Assembly: GCA_035546055.1 (NCBI GenBank)
Contig: DASZXF010000890.1
Coordinates: 1-49,670, forward strand
Length of the DNA stretch: 49,670 bases
Source of the DNA: Ktedonobacteraceae bacterium
GTDB lineage: Bacteria; Chloroflexota; Ktedonobacteria; Ktedonobacterales; Ktedonobacteraceae
Direction of reading: 5' to 3'
In this document: piece by piece, positions 1 to 8,341 of the stretch
Position numbering within the stretch: position 1 is the first letter of the stretch
Layout: each line of letters begins with the position of its first letter
The notes under the pieces: model-generated
What the model was told of the DNA's origin: nothing
The model's input: the letters and a program-made list of their open reading frames with translations, nothing else
The model's database searches: none
Translations under genes and position numbers: made by a program

Positions 1-1140
1 AGGTACGCCAGAGGTACCGACGGTCTTTGCCCAGAGAACCTGGTCAAGATAGGTCTTGCTGGCAGGATTGGCATCAATCTGGGGATAGATCACCTGAGTC
101 ACATATTGCAGTTGATCGAGAATGACGAGCAAGGCTGCCTCAAGCGCGATCCGATCCTCTCGTACTACAGCCTCCTGGGCCTGCAACATGGCATTGAGAA
201 CAGGCGTGAGCTGCATAGCAAACTCGGTTGTCACCAGATAAAAGATGCGCTCGGCCTGGTTATCCCAGGCAGGCACCAGCAGTTCCATATTGTCGAGCCG
301 GCGCGGCCCTGCGGGATCTCGCAGCTTCCAGTTATAGAAGAACAGGTCGATATAAGAGACATATGGAAGAGGTTTGCCTAAGCGGCGCGAAACCTCCTTC
401 CATGGTTCTAAAATAGCCGCAGGAAGCGCGCCCGGAGGATCTGTTTCGACATACTGATACGCATGGGCAAACACGCCCAGCAGCGTGGAGGCGCGTAACA
501 GATAGCGGTCGGGAAGCGCGTCAGGCGTGGCCTCCAGCCGGGGCATCTGCTCAAAGACCCGGCGTAGCGTCAGCGTTCTGTACAGCGCCGGCAGGTCCGC
601 CACCATTTCATCCCAGATACTATGGGATGAAGGCAGAGCCAGCAAAGGCGGTTCCACTGGCAGGAAGCCGTAGGCGGTTGAGAGAAAGCCCTCATTTTCA
701 TGTCCCTGCGCTCTATTGTACGCCTCCGCAGCCTCCACTACTTTGCGCGCAGCTATCGTCTCCTCCGTCCGGGCAGGCGCAGCTTCTCTGTTGGTAGAAG
801 CGGGGGTAAAAAGGATTGTCGCATCCGCGCCCTGATCAACATAGGACCAGGAAAATTGATACGGGCCTATATTAATCAGATCGCCACTTTTGAGCGCGAC
901 CCGTTGAATACGCTCACCATTGACCATAGTTCCATTCGCGCTGTTCAGATCGCGTAAAATAAGGTGGTAATCTTCCAGTTCCAGCCGCGCGTGTTGCCGC
1001 GAAATAGCTCTGTCCTGAATGACAATTGTGCTGAGCTCGGTACTCCGACCTATCGTAATCGGTAGATCGCAGATATACTCCACAAGAGAACCGGAACGTT
1101 GATTTTTACAGACTAATCGCACCTGTACCGCTGATGACAT
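1..1140 (-). CDS. FHA domain / indoleamine 2,3-dioxygenase (IDO)-like fusion protein, partial (C-terminus beyond window edge; 380 codons visible)
   Basis: Own translation from ATG at 1140 (GGGAGG 9 nt upstream). The N-terminus MSSAVQVRLVCKN..ITIGRS..ISRQHARLE..LRDLNSANGTMVNGERI is an FHA signature. From about aa 150 it is collinear with the IDO family (GFLP..W..LPALY..LR..; PYVSYIDLFFYNWKLRDPAGPRRLDNMELLV compared with human IDO1 [31 protein letters not shown]). It is absent from the ORF track because there is no stop codon in the window. Confidence 0.8.
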   Translation of the reverse strand, partial: MSSAVQVRLVCKNQRSGSLVEYICDLPITIGRSTELSTIVIQDRAISRQHARLELEDYHLILRDLNSANGTMVNGERIQRVALKSGDLINIGPYQFSWSYVDQGADATILFTPASTNREAAPARTEETIAARKVVEAAEAYNRAQGHENEGFLSTAYGFLPVEPPLLALPSSHSIWDEMVADLPALYRTLTLRRVFEQMPRLEATPDALPDRYLLRASTLLGVFAHAYQYVETDPPGALPAAILEPWKEVSRRLGKPLPYVSYIDLFFYNWKLRDPAGPRRLDNMELLVPAWDNQAERIFYLVTTEFAMQLTPVLNAMLQAQEAVVREDRIALEAALLVILDQLQYVTQVIYPQIDANPASKTYLDQVLWAKTVGTSGVP

Positions 1141-1160
1141 GCCTTTGCGCCTCCCGCGTC

Positions 1161-1604
1161 TCACGCATAATAGATCACAGCCCGGCAAACATCGGCGCGC
1201 GAAACCGTCCCCATCAGCTTGCCATCATCCACCACAGGCAGGCGCCGAATTTGTTTTTCTACCATGACAACAACAGCCTGAGCTATGTCATCTGTTGTCT
1301 TCACAGTGATGGCATTACGAATAATGTAAGGATCAATAGGGCGATTCGCGAGATCACGCCCTTTCTGGACCAGAAAGGAGAAAGCATCATTGAGGGTTCC
1401 ACCTGCCCTCAGCACTTCATCGAAATCAGGCAGGATAGCGCGGACCAGATCCCCTTCGGAGAGCACCCCGATAAACACATTATCAAGGTCGATCACCATC
1501 AGGTCACTTATCTCAGAAAGACTGATAATCTCGGCTGCCCTGCGCATATCCGCCCCTGTGCGGATATAGGCAGGATGAATAGCCATAATATCCCGGATCA
1601 GCAT
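1161..1604 (-). CDS. CBS-pair domain protein
   Basis: 147-aa ORF with two CBS-type repeats (..ISDLMVIDLDNVFIGVLSEGDLVRAIL.. and ..RRLPVVDDGKLMGTVSRADVCRAV..). It lies 20 nt upstream of, and co-directional with, the FHA-IDO gene. Confidence 0.8.
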   Translation of the reverse strand: MLIRDIMAIHPAYIRTGADMRRAAEIISLSEISDLMVIDLDNVFIGVLSEGDLVRAILPDFDEVLRAGGTLNDAFSFLVQKGRDLANRPIDPYIIRNAITVKTTDDIAQAVVVMVEKQIRRLPVVDDGKLMGTVSRADVCRAVIYYA

Positions 1605-1853
1605 AAGACCTCTCTCTGGCGAATAAATTACCTCGAAGACACCATGTAAAGACCTCCCAGGAAAGGAGTCATTTCCTGAATGAAACGATGGAGAAACGCA
1701 TTTTTATGAGTTCAATATCGAAAAGAGTGTACCGGCACCAATAAGCGAAGAGACCCGGTGTCCCCACGCGCTCAGCCTCTACAATACGTGATGAAACCTG
1801 TTAGCGAACTGCGCAGAACAGAGTGAGCACCCCTGACAGGCGGACTCGACCAC

Positions 1854-1882
1854 TCGACAAGTAATCCGCGAATGTCTATAAT
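1854..1882 (+). promoter_or_regulatory. Sigma70-like promoter for arginase (TCGACA-N17-TATAAT)
   Basis: -35 TCGACA at 1854..1859, 17-nt spacer, -10 TATAAT at 1877..1882, about 45 nt upstream of ATG 1932. Confidence 0.55.
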
Positions 1883-1931
1883 AGAACCAGGATTAGAAGA
1901 CTGTTCAATGAGGAGCAGAAGAGGTTTTACT

Positions 1932-2825
1932 ATGCGTATTCGTGTAATTGGCGTACCAATGGATTTAGGCGCTGACAGGCGCGGGGTTGACATCGGGGCG
2001 AGCGCAATCCGGTACGCGGGCCTGAACGATCAGCTGAGGCGTTTGGGTTATACCGTCAATGACGTGGGAAATATTGTCGTCCCGCAGCCCGAAAGTCAAC
2101 CCACCGGCGCGCCTCACTTGAAATACCTGGAGCCGATTATCCGGGCTTCAGAGAATCTGGCGGACGTGGTGACGGAGGCGCTTCAGACTGGTGAGTTTCC
2201 GTTGATCCTGGGTGGCGACCACAGCATTGCGCTGGGTTCCATCACGGGAGTGGCGCGCGTTCACCATGATATCGGCGTGATCTGGGTTGATGCTCATGGA
2301 GATTTTAACACCAGCGAAACGACGCCATCCGGGAATATTCACGGCATGGTGCTGGCGGCGCTGGCCGGCCTTGGGCCTACCAGCCTGACCCATCTCGGCG
2401 GCTGGGCACCCAAGATCAATAAACAGACCATCGTCATTGTAGGCGCGCGGGATCTTGATCCACAGGAACAGGAGCTTTTGCGGCAGGAACATATCCACGT
2501 CTTTACGATGACCGATATTGATCAGCGCGGCATGGCCGAGACGATACGCGCAGCGGTGGAGATCGCCAGCCAGGCCAGTCATGGCTTTCACCTGAGCCTG
2601 GACATGGACTCGCTGGACCCCAGGGAGGCGCCCGGCGTCGGCACTCCTGTGCGCGGCGGCCTGACGTACCGCGAGGCCCACCTGGCGATGGAGGTGATCG
2701 CCGCCTCCGGGCGCATGGTTTCCATGGACGCGGTTGAAGTCAATCCTATTCTCGACCGGGAAAATGCGACTGCTCATCTGGCGGTTGAGTTGATTCTTTC
2801 GGCCCTGGGCAAGAAGATTCTCTAG
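1932..2825 (+). CDS. rocF: Arginase (ureohydrolase family, RocF type)
   Basis: Nearly collinear with Bacillus-type arginases: [70 protein letters not shown] moved the start from the track's 1872 to ATG 1932. 1872 lies inside the predicted promoter, and homologs begin at M-x-I-x-VIGVP. Confidence 0.9.
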   Translation: MRIRVIGVPMDLGADRRGVDIGASAIRYAGLNDQLRRLGYTVNDVGNIVVPQPESQPTGAPHLKYLEPIIRASENLADVVTEALQTGEFPLILGGDHSIALGSITGVARVHHDIGVIWVDAHGDFNTSETTPSGNIHGMVLAALAGLGPTSLTHLGGWAPKINKQTIVIVGARDLDPQEQELLRQEHIHVFTMTDIDQRGMAETIRAAVEIASQASHGFHLSLDMDSLDPREAPGVGTPVRGGLTYREAHLAMEVIAASGRMVSMDAVEVNPILDRENATAHLAVELILSALGKKIL

Positions 2826-2862
2826 TAGTTGGTCAAGGTTTAAACGAAAGGCCAGTCAAGCG

Positions 2863-2971
2863 GGAGTGCAGAGGGCAGCAGCCCTTTGCCGGGGAGCGGG
2901 GTGTCCCCCGCCTTTCCCCTCTTCCCGCGCCGCCTGCGGCGGCGCACTTTGCGGATGGAGTTTGACACTCC
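2863..2971. repeat. GC-rich multi-hairpin intergenic element (four consecutive stem-loops closed by GGAGTG/CACTCC)
   Basis: GCAGAGGGC-agca-GCCCTTTGC; CGGGGA..TCCCC(C)G; a perfect GCGCCGCC-tgc-GGCGGCGC; GGAGT-ttgac-ACTCC. The outer pair is GGAGTG 2863..2868 with CACTCC 2966..2971. Confidence 0.6.
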
Positions 2972-3038
2972 ACTAGAAAGAAAATACATAAGGTAGTATA
3001 ATCTTTTCACCTTCATAGTGTTGTTGAGAAGAGGATTT

Positions 3039-4559
3039 ATGACACAGACAGATCATCGCACGAAGGAGCAGAGGTTGGCAGCGGAGGGGAAAAAACCACG
3101 CGTGCGCTTCGCTCCTAGCCCGACCGGTTTGATGCACATCGGCGGCTATCGCACAGCCCTGTTCGACTGGCTGTTTGCCCGCCACACCGGCGGCTCTTTT
3201 GTCCTGAGAATTGAAGATACCGATACGCTGCGCACGGAAAAAGGCGCGGTTGAGTTTTTGTTGGAAGGTCTGCAATGGCTGGGGCTGGATATCGATGAAG
3301 GTCCGCAGGTGGGCGGCCCCTATGGTCCCTATTATCAGACCAACCGCAGGGCGCTCTACATGCAATACGCCAACCAGTTGATCGAGTCCGGGCACGCCTA
3401 CCGCTGCTATTGTACGCCTGAGCGCCTGGATGCTATGCGCAAGGAGCAGCAGGCACAAAAGCTGCCGCCGCGCTATGACCATCGCTGCCGCTATCTGACG
3501 CCGGAGCAGCGCGCGGCCAACGAGGCCGAGGGTCAGCGGTGGACGGTGCGCTTCGCCATGCCGCTGGAAGGCGAGACGGTGGTTCACGATGAATTGCGCG
3601 GCGATATGGTCTGGCAGAATACCAATATTGACGACGCGATTATTCTCAAGGCCAATGGTCTACCAACCTACCACCTGGCTCACGTGGTCGATGATCACCT
3701 GATGAATATCACCCACCTGATCCGCGCCGAGGAGTGGATCTCCAGCGCGCCCCTGCACGTCCAGATCTGGCGCGCCCTGGGCTGGGAGATGCCGCTGCTC
3801 TACCACGCCCCGGATGTCCTGGGAAAAGATAAGCGCAAGCTCAGCAAGCGCCACGGCGCTCCGAGCTGGAAAGAACTGCAACAGCAGGGCTTTCTGCCGG
3901 AAGCGGTGGTCAATTTCCTGGCGCTGATTGGCTGGTCCTATGATGACAAAACCGAGCTGTTTTCCCGCGAAGAACTGATCGAGGCCTTTTCGCTGGAACG
4001 TGTCAGCGTCTCCGGCGCGATCTATGACGCGGAGAAGCTGGCCTGGATGAATGGCGTCTACATTCGCAAGCTCTCCATTGAGGAGATGACGCGGCGTGCC
4101 CTGCCCTACATGGAACGGCCAGCGGCGGAGGGCGGTCTGCCGGATCAGATTCAGCGTCCGCTCGATCTCGCGTACACACAGCGCGTGCTGAGTCTTGAAC
4201 AGGAGCGTCTGCGCACATTGGGCGAGGCCTCTCATGCCGTTTCGTTCTTCTACACCGAGGATTGGGAATACGAGACGCCCCTGATTCAGAAAGGTATGGA
4301 CGCGGAAGGCACAAAAAATGCCCTGCTGCGGGCGCGCGATCTCCTGCAGAACAGCGCGGAATGGGAACAAAACGCGCTTGAAGGGCAGTTGCGCGCGCTC
4401 ATGGAGGAACTGGGTTTGAAACCCGGACAATTCCTCGGCGCGCTACGCGTGGCTGTCAGCGGACGTAAGGCGACCCCGCCGCTGTTCTCGATGCTTGAGG
4501 TACTGGGTCGCGCTCGCACCCTGGCCCGCATCGAGCGCGCCCTCACCAGCCTGGCCTGA
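3039..4559 (+). CDS. gltX: Glutamate--tRNA ligase
   Basis: Class I aaRS motifs: HIGH as PSPTGLMHIGGYRTAL, KMSKS as KLSKRHG, plus RIEDTD. Length fits GluRS. ATG 3039 is preferred over the track's GTG 3018 because GAGAAGAGGA lies just upstream. Confidence 0.93.
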   Translation: MTQTDHRTKEQRLAAEGKKPRVRFAPSPTGLMHIGGYRTALFDWLFARHTGGSFVLRIEDTDTLRTEKGAVEFLLEGLQWLGLDIDEGPQVGGPYGPYYQTNRRALYMQYANQLIESGHAYRCYCTPERLDAMRKEQQAQKLPPRYDHRCRYLTPEQRAANEAEGQRWTVRFAMPLEGETVVHDELRGDMVWQNTNIDDAIILKANGLPTYHLAHVVDDHLMNITHLIRAEEWISSAPLHVQIWRALGWEMPLLYHAPDVLGKDKRKLSKRHGAPSWKELQQQGFLPEAVVNFLALIGWSYDDKTELFSREELIEAFSLERVSVSGAIYDAEKLAWMNGVYIRKLSIEEMTRRALPYMERPAAEGGLPDQIQRPLDLAYTQRVLSLEQERLRTLGEASHAVSFFYTEDWEYETPLIQKGMDAEGTKNALLRARDLLQNSAEWEQNALEGQLRALMEELGLKPGQFLGALRVAVSGRKATPPLFSMLEVLGRARTLARIERALTSLA

Positions 4560-4571
4560 GCAGTACAATTG

Positions 4572-4640
4572 GAGAGACAGGGCGCACTGGCAGCCCCTCT
4601 GCTCTGTGCCCTGTCTCTTCTTTTCGTCCCTCTTTTTTGT
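4572..4640 (+). terminator. Rho-independent terminator after gltX
   Basis: 11-bp perfect stem AGAGACAGGGC (4573..4583) / GCCCTGTCTCT (4608..4618), followed by the T-rich tail TCTTTTCGTCCCTCTTTTTTG. Confidence 0.65.
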
Positions 4641-4765
4641 CGAAGCAGCAAGCATCAAACAGACTTGCAAAAAAGAACAACCTGAGTCATAGTATAAATA
4701 AACAAATAATCTCTGACATATAAAAACAGATCCTTTGTAGCAGGAAGCAGGAAACGAAAAACGCT

Positions 4766-5452
4766 ATGGCGCAACGAGATTACATTGTACGCATGTTTGA
4801 AGAGATGAGCCGGGTTATCGCCCAGATCGTCTATCACCGGGAAATGAAAGATTATCAGGCATCCCACGAGTTGATTGATGAGCAACTCAAGCAAACTGTG
4901 GGCATGGGCAGTGGCTTTCTCTTTTCCCTTTCCGATGAAACCCTGCTTTCAATGCTCACTACTCTTGGCTCCCTGAATGCGGAAAAATGCTGGCTTGTGG
5001 CTCTCCTGCTCAAGGCCGAGGGCGAGATCTACGCCGACGAACAGGATGAGAACATGAGCTATTATAGCTATCTCAAGGCCTGCAACCTCTTCCTGGAAGC
5101 GCTCTATGACCAGAATGAGCACCGCGACATCGAGCGGATCGCGGAAATCGAAGAGATCCTGCCTCACCTGGAAGAGTACGAACTGCCGCTGAGAACCAGG
5201 CAATTACTGTTCTGGTACTTTGAATATACCGGGCGCTACGGCAAAGCGGAGGATATGCTTTTTGATATACTGGAAACAGAACCCGATGAAGCCCTGGAAG
5301 GGATCGAAGGCATTGAGAGTATGGATGAGATACGCGCGAAAGGTGAGGCCTTCTATGCCCGCCTGTTGAGCAAAAATGACACAGCCTTAGAAAGCGGCAA
5401 TTTTTCGCGCGCCGAGATCAAGGAAGGCCTGATGCGTCTCTCACACCTGTAG
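4766..5452 (+). CDS. Hypothetical protein (acidic, helical-looking)
   Basis: 228-aa ORF with an ATG start and good coding appearance. I cannot name any motif with confidence. It follows the gltX terminator and precedes the CPBP gene by 20 nt. Confidence 0.6.
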   Translation: MAQRDYIVRMFEEMSRVIAQIVYHREMKDYQASHELIDEQLKQTVGMGSGFLFSLSDETLLSMLTTLGSLNAEKCWLVALLLKAEGEIYADEQDENMSYYSYLKACNLFLEALYDQNEHRDIERIAEIEEILPHLEEYELPLRTRQLLFWYFEYTGRYGKAEDMLFDILETEPDEALEGIEGIESMDEIRAKGEAFYARLLSKNDTALESGNFSRAEIKEGLMRLSHL

Positions 5453-5472
5453 ACAGAGACAGAGGTATCACT

Positions 5473-6102
5473 GTGTCAAATGGAAAATCCCCTCAGCTCG
5501 CTCGTTCAACTGTCGCCACGACCTGGCGCTGGCTCTGGCCTGATGTCCTGATGCGCATTTTGCCGCTGACTGCGGTGCCTTTTATCTATGTGCTTGTTCT
5601 GCATCTCCCGCTTTCGTTCCTGGGACTGACCTGGCAAAACTGGCCAACTCAACTGCTCCTGGGCCTGCTCATCGGCATCGGCATGGCGATCTTCGCGACT
5701 ACCTACCGTATCCTGGTGGTTGGCCCCTGGTTTCGCCGCCCGACCCTCGGCGATCATTTCTTGCAGGGCTTTTTTTATCTGTTCATCAACGGGCCTGTTG
5801 AAGAGTTTTTCTTTCGCGGCTTTCTCCTGGCGGCTGTTGCCCAATGGACCGGCTGGATTGGCTGGGGCTGGCTGGTCAGCACAGCAGTTTACACTCTCTA
5901 TCACCGCCTGGGCAAATGGAACTGGCGCAGCGTGGCCGGGGTAGGTCTGGCCGGCCTTGTCTTCAGCACGCTCTACATTCTCCCCGCTCAGCCCTGGTCG
6001 CTCCTGGCGGTCGTCATCGTGCATGGATTTACAACCTGGGGTTTTCTGAGCCTGGGGGATGAGGTCATGTACCAGCGCTGGAAAAAACGCCAATCTCAAT
6101 AG
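5473..6102 (+). CDS. CPBP family intramembrane metalloprotease (CAAX/Abi type)
   Basis: Multi-TM protein with VEEFFFRGFLL (the EExxxR motif) and distal LYH.. / VIVHGFTTW histidine motifs. GTG start. Confidence 0.8.
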   Translation: MSNGKSPQLARSTVATTWRWLWPDVLMRILPLTAVPFIYVLVLHLPLSFLGLTWQNWPTQLLLGLLIGIGMAIFATTYRILVVGPWFRRPTLGDHFLQGFFYLFINGPVEEFFFRGFLLAAVAQWTGWIGWGWLVSTAVYTLYHRLGKWNWRSVAGVGLAGLVFSTLYILPAQPWSLLAVVIVHGFTTWGFLSLGDEVMYQRWKKRQSQ

Positions 6103-6136
6103 AGCGGTAAAAAACAGAAAAAACGTCCAGTAAAGC

Positions 6137-6171
6137 GCGCCAGGCCGACATTGAAGCCCGGCGCCGTTTTT
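6137..6171. terminator. Bidirectional hairpin terminator between the convergent CPBP and small membrane protein genes
   Basis: GCGCCAGGC-cgacattgaa-GCCCGGCGC (one mismatch) followed by CGTTTTTA. An A-rich tract on the other side allows use from both strands. Confidence 0.5.
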
Positions 6172-6215
6172 ATGGACGAGCCAGAAAGAAGCGGGTTGTT
6201 TTTTGACGCCACCCT

Positions 6216-6416
6216 CTATTCAGCAGGCTTTTTGGCATTCCCCATAGCAAAGCCCAGCACCAGGCCCAGTACAAGCCCGATCAATCCGCCGATAAAAACA
6301 TTGCCCAGGGCAACGCCCAGCGCGCTGCCAGCGCCAATGCCCACCGCGATCCCCGCCGCCAGGCTGCCCCCGAAGCGGCGCCCTTTGTTCTCTGTCACCA
6401 GTTCTTTCTCATCCAT
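6216..6416 (-). CDS. Small glycine-zipper membrane protein
   Basis: 66 aa with GxxxG-rich hydrophobic segments (GIAVGIGAGSALGVALG..GGLIGLVLGLVLG). AAAGGGG Shine-Dalgarno site and a TGCTATAAT box lie upstream. Confidence 0.55.
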   Translation of the reverse strand: MDEKELVTENKGRRFGGSLAAGIAVGIGAGSALGVALGNVFIGGLIGLVLGLVLGFAMGNAKKPAE

Positions 6417-6486
6417 AGCAAGACCCCTTTATAACGTTTGTGTGCTTCACCAGAGAGATAGCTGCCTTTCTCTACCAAACCTCAGC

Positions 6487-6495
6487 ATTATAGCA
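6487..6495 (-). promoter_or_regulatory. Extended -10 box (TGCTATAAT) for the small membrane protein gene
   Basis: The reverse complement of ATTATAGCA is TGCTATAAT, about 70 nt upstream of the 6416 start. Confidence 0.4.
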
Positions 6496-6526
6496 CAAGA
6501 GCCATCCTCTCCATGATTACGTCCTA

Positions 6527-6535
6527 TGCTATAAT
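6527..6535 (+). promoter_or_regulatory. Extended -10 box (TGCTATAAT) for the Uma2 gene
   Basis: TGCTATAAT lies about 55 nt upstream of ATG 6591. GGAGA Shine-Dalgarno site before the start. Confidence 0.4.
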
Positions 6536-6590
6536 AGAGCACAAAGTACACTGCTGGCAAACGAAACATTGACAAGCCAAGGAGATACGC

Positions 6591-7187
6591 ATGGCATTAG
6601 AGCATAAGCAAACGATGACGGTCGAAGACTATTTTCACCTGGAAGAAAACGACCCCTATACGCGCTATGAATACATTGACGGCCATGTGTACGCTATGGC
6701 TGGCGGCAGTGCCGACCATGATACCGTCAAAAGCACGTTGCAAAATCTTCTCTGGAATGCGCTACGCCAGAGCGGTTGCCGGGTTTACAGTTCGGATATG
6801 AAAGTCTACATCTCCGCAACCCGCTACTTTCATCCAGATGTGACAGTGACCTGTAACCCGGCAGACCGGGGAAAGATTCAGGCTATCCAATCCCCTCGTC
6901 TGGTTGTTGAAGTGCTTTCTCCCAGCACAGAACTGACCGACCGCACCTGGAAATTACAAAATTATCGCGCTCATCCCACCATTGAAGAATATGTGCTCGC
7001 CGATTCTCGCTCATGCAAAGTCGAAACCTACCACAAAAAAAATGGCCTGTGGATCTATGATGCCTTCGAGAATGACGATATGGTCAGGCTTCATAGCCTG
7101 AATCTGCATCTCAAGCTGGCGGACATTTATGCCGATGTAGAATTTACAGATCAATCTACAGATTTTCCACCCTCATTTCGCCAGTAG
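6591..7187 (+). CDS. Uma2 family (DUF820) PD-(D/E)xK endonuclease
   Basis: Family pattern YEYIDGHVYAMAG ... HPDVTV ... PRLVVEVLSPST..D..K...Y....IEEYVL. Confidence 0.8.
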   Translation: MALEHKQTMTVEDYFHLEENDPYTRYEYIDGHVYAMAGGSADHDTVKSTLQNLLWNALRQSGCRVYSSDMKVYISATRYFHPDVTVTCNPADRGKIQAIQSPRLVVEVLSPSTELTDRTWKLQNYRAHPTIEEYVLADSRSCKVETYHKKNGLWIYDAFENDDMVRLHSLNLHLKLADIYADVEFTDQSTDFPPSFRQ

Positions 7188-7211
7188 TCTGTCAAACCTC
7201 ATCCGAAAAGT

Positions 7212-7328
7212 CATGAATCACCCCTGATTTTCTGAGGCGGCCCCAACCGCTTGTTGCACCCCGCCCCCCTTTTTTGAGATGGAGTGGGGAGGGAAACGCG
7301 CGGCGCTGGAAAAATTGGGATAACTGAT
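7212..7328. repeat. Hairpin repeat family, copy A (diverged arms, about 55-nt GC-rich insertion in the loop)
   Basis: CATGAATCACCCCTGATTTTCTGAGGCGGCCCC ... GGCGCTGGAAAAATTGGGATAACTGAT. It shares its core and flanks with copies at 14240 and 20871. It lies between the convergent Uma2 and OCD genes. Confidence 0.65.
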
Positions 7329-7348
7329 AGGGATAAGTTGGCGGACTA

Positions 7349-8341
7349 TTAGACATCAACCTCGACGCCGATGCCCTGCGCGCTGGCTCGCTCATAGACC
7401 TGCATGGCTGTAAAGAGATCCTGAATGCCGAGGCCGACTGATTTAAAGCAGGTGATCTCATCGGCTGATTGGCGACCCGGCTGTTCTCCGCTGACGAGCT
7501 GGCCCAGTTCAAGCCAGGTATCCGCGCCGGCAATCTGTCCTGCCGCGTGCGCCTGGAGGAGATCGCCGGCTTCGACCAGGGCGGCGGCGCGCTGATCGAC
7601 CACGATACGCGCCCGCGCCAGCGTCTCCGCGTCAACTTCGCACATTTCAGGCGTATACGCACCTACGGCGTTGATATGCGTGCCGGGCGCTATATCCCGC
7701 GTGTGAAAAAGCGGCGCGGTGGAGGCGGTGGCGCAGGCGACCAGGGAAGCTCCCGCCAGTGCTTGATGAGCATCAACTGCGCGCACCAGGCGCGGGCAGT
7801 CTTTCCCCAGCGCCTCGTTCAACTCACTCACCAGTTGCGCATAGTGCTCGTCGCTGCGATTGACCACGCGAACCTCGCGCAGAGGACGAACGGTATGTAC
7901 AGCCCGGACCTGCATGGGCGCCTGGGCACCGGCCCCGAAGAGGGCCAGCACGTCGGCGTCTGGCCGCGCCAGCAGTTCGGTAGCCAGTCCCGCGACCGCG
8001 CCGGTGCGCATGGCGGTCAGCCAGCGGCCTTCCATGATAGCCAGCGTGCGACCGCTCGCCGCGTCGAGCAAAAGCACAGTGGCGAAACTGCGCGGCAGAC
8101 CGCGCTGATCGTTATCCGCTACCAGGGTGATGAGCTTCAGACCAAAGGCCGCCTGCCCTGGCGCATCCAGGCGCGACGGCATCAATAACGCCTGCCCCTG
8201 CGCTGAAAGCTCGACGACGCTGCGCTGCGGCATCCGTACCTGTCCGGCATGGAGCGCGCGAAACGCGCCGCGCATAGCCTCAATGGCCGCCCGCATGTCC
8301 AGGCAGCGCTGCAAGTCATGACGTGAAAGAATAAGAGCCAT
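7349..8341 (-). CDS. Ornithine cyclodeaminase / mu-crystallin family protein
   Basis: Rossmann-type LFGAGAQAP, plus INAVGAYTPEMCEVD and KSVGLGIQD, which are typical of the family. I moved the start to ATG 8341 (GGAGA about 10 nt upstream) from the track's 8404. Confidence 0.8.
   Translation of the reverse strand: MALILSRHDLQRCLDMRAAIEAMRGAFRALHAGQVRMPQRSVVELSAQGQALLMPSRLDAPGQAAFGLKLITLVADNDQRGLPRSFATVLLLDAASGRTLAIMEGRWLTAMRTGAVAGLATELLARPDADVLALFGAGAQAPMQVRAVHTVRPLREVRVVNRSDEHYAQLVSELNEALGKDCPRLVRAVDAHQALAGASLVACATASTAPLFHTRDIAPGTHINAVGAYTPEMCEVDAETLARARIVVDQRAAALVEAGDLLQAHAAGQIAGADTWLELGQLVSGEQPGRQSADEITCFKSVGLGIQDLFTAMQVYERASAQGIGVEVDV

Noticed and set aside
1680-1709. 9-codon mini-ORF (MKRWRNAFL) with an AAAGGAG Shine-Dalgarno site upstream of arginase, tempting as an Arg/Trp-sensing leader peptide
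   Set aside because: It lies upstream of the best promoter candidate for arginase (1854..1882), and I see no alternative terminator/antiterminator pairing. The support is insufficient.
2826-3038. T-box or other riboswitch leader for gltX
   Set aside because: There is no T-box consensus (AGGGTGGTACCGCG-like) or specifier-loop layout. The structured DNA here resembles the GC-rich repeat material seen in other spacers.
2148-8188. Other long antisense ORFs: 2148..2777(-), 2973..3587(-), 3660..4430(-), 5506..6099(-), 7469..8188(+)
   Set aside because: Each is nested antisense in a confidently identified gene (arginase, gltX, CPBP, OCD) and shows the biased composition of shadow frames.
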